Below are positions 62,437-64,000 of a stretch of DNA of 64,000 nt, in pieces. Origin of the DNA: Lingula anatina (taxonomy: Eukaryota > Animalia > Brachiopoda); contig CM120645.1 in NCBI GenBank assembly GCA_051362555.1, positions 4,216,001-4,280,000 on the forward strand, read 5' to 3'. Position numbers and translations under genes: made by a program. Each line of letters begins with the position of its first letter. Position 1 is the stretch's first letter. The notes under the pieces are model-generated. The model saw only the letters and a list, made by a program, of their open reading frames with translations, was not told where the DNA came from and did not search any database.

Positions 62437-63429
62437 TGGGGGTAAACAAGCGCAATACCCGTATGTGTAAACAACAGTTGTGACATTTCAGAAAGATTCT
62501 CCCCGTTCTGTCAATCCAAGTTTTTGTATTGTTATTCTTTTGCTTTTATACTTCAATTTATAAATTGATACTATGGCAAAATTAACAGATATTGATTTTT
62601 TGTGATCATACCGTGAGCCTCCAACGGCCCCCGGATGGCATAAATTAGGCCACATGACAGCACCTTCCCATTGCCAGCATCAATTTATCGCTGGTGTTCT
62701 GAGTTTAGTTAAAACAGTTGAACTAGTAGAATTAAAGTATGCGGTGCACTCTGTACACTGAGGACTTGCAAATGCATTACTGAAAATGTAAATGAAAATC
62801 TCTAGGATCGTCAAATATTATTTCAATATTAGTGGTTTAAATTTTTTCAAAACCATTTTATTTAGAGTGCTATATAGGCCCCTATGTACAGCTTCTTGCG
62901 CGTGTTCTTCAACGCATCAGAAACAATCTCGGTATTTTTACCAGACATTAAGATAAGATTGCGCCAATTACAGTTGATACGTATGGTGGAAAATGTATCA
63001 TATCATCATATTGATCTGTTTCAAACATAAAATTAAAACATCAACTTATATTTGCCTATACTCTCGGTTTAATCCCTTTAGGCCTATCTATCCATTTGTG
63101 GACGTCTGTGATGAAATGCAGCTACCGGCAGCTCTGCTTGTTATTGATGACCTACATGTATGCATGTTCTGAACTTGGCATGATAAATCATTTATATCCT
63201 ATTACCTAAAAAACGACGCTAAAAATTTATCAAGAATCACGGTCATACAGACACTCATTCTCAATATAGGTCTCTATTGGCCCATTTGAAGAAAACAGAA
63301 AAATGGAAGTTTAAGATATATCCGCCAGTTCTACTTTTCCTAAATCTCTTGTGACAGAATGTGATAAATTAAGCTTCTTGTGTACATCATGGAGAATTTT
63401 AAAATTCATGCCTTGCTATTATGGGCAAC

Positions 63430-63600
63430 AGGGGTGGAGCCAGCTAGGATTATTTGACGGGGGGGTCTGCAGATGCAATCCGACCCTCAGCCCCCCCCCC
63501 CCCCCCCCCCCAACTTGGGTGGGGATTCGGGGCCCGCTGAAGAGCCCCGATTTTTTTTTTTCATTCTAGAGGGCGAACGGTACCATTTGGTGCGGTTTAG
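63430..63600 (+). repeat. Probable left end of a non-autonomous DNA transposon (CAGGGGTGGAGCCAG...GGGGGG type)
   Basis: Resembles end fragments at 2905, 10537, 24470 and 59535 (CAGGxxxGxAxCxAG / AAATCCTGGxTxCxCC). Only fragments are seen. Confidence 0.4.
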
Positions 63601-63629
63601 AACTTAGACCTATAAATCAGCTAGTCAAA

Positions 63630-63765
63630 GAGCGCATTCTCAACGAATTAAGCCAGGCTTTACAAAGCCGGTGACCTAAAAATGGCGGACGTACATGAAA
63701 GAAAAACCGCCTAATCTTTTAATAGTCTCTCCGCCTCTCACACGCCTCCCCACACGTCGTCCCTG
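63630..63765. mobile_element. Left arm of a Harbinger-like element related to 7677-8033 and 12802-13070; probably continues beyond the window
   Basis: Shares AGCCAGGCTTTACAAA..AAAAATGGCGGACGTACATGAAAGAAAAACCG and GTCTCTCCGCCTCTCACACGCC with those copies. Confidence 0.7.
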
Positions 63766-64000
63766 CGGGGTACAGTAATTAAATCTCGGCTCCGAACATT
63801 AATATTTCCGTGAATATCTCTGGTGATATTATCTCCGTAGATAGTCGATTCATTGCTGCTCTATGGGCCAAATTATTCCTTTTTCGTCTCTGTTTTCAAA
63901 GATAATAGAACAGAAGAGCTTTTTTCCTTCGATCGCCTTCAGCCGCCGTGCTTTCTTCACCACGAGTTTAACTGATGAGCATGCGCACTTAATATTTCTC

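Overview
AT-rich animal genomic DNA with spliceosomal GT-AG introns, probably a lophotrochozoan such as a mollusc (inferred from gene and repeat content). I assembled three multi-exon genes by hand from splice sites and reading-frame phase. (1) + strand: clockwork orange (cwo) bHLH-Orange clock repressor, 6 coding exons, 2175-15626, about 507 aa, preceded by a cluster of E-box, CRE and D-box motifs. (2) - strand: a strongly divergent CACHD1/alpha2delta-like protein, about 25 exons, ~19802-38652, about 1430 aa. It has a VWA domain lacking MIDAS, double Cache domains, a ~340-aa Pro/Thr/Lys tandem-repeat stalk, a TM helix and an LDL-receptor-type FDNPVY tail, with a possible alternative hydrophobic (GPI-like) end. 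(3) - strand: host cell factor (HCFC1), 22 coding exons, 43507-62415, about 1304 aa, with clustered YY1-like and ZNF143-like motifs at its start. A signal-peptide-like first exon of a fourth gene runs off the left edge, head-to-head with cwo. Introns carry several non-autonomous DNA-transposon families (Harbinger/Tourist-like MITEs, palindromic MITEs, Helentron-type HINE elements with internal tandem repeats) and microsatellites. Most short ORFs in the supplied track are intronic noise. Exon boundaries are manual reads and need RNA-seq confirmation.
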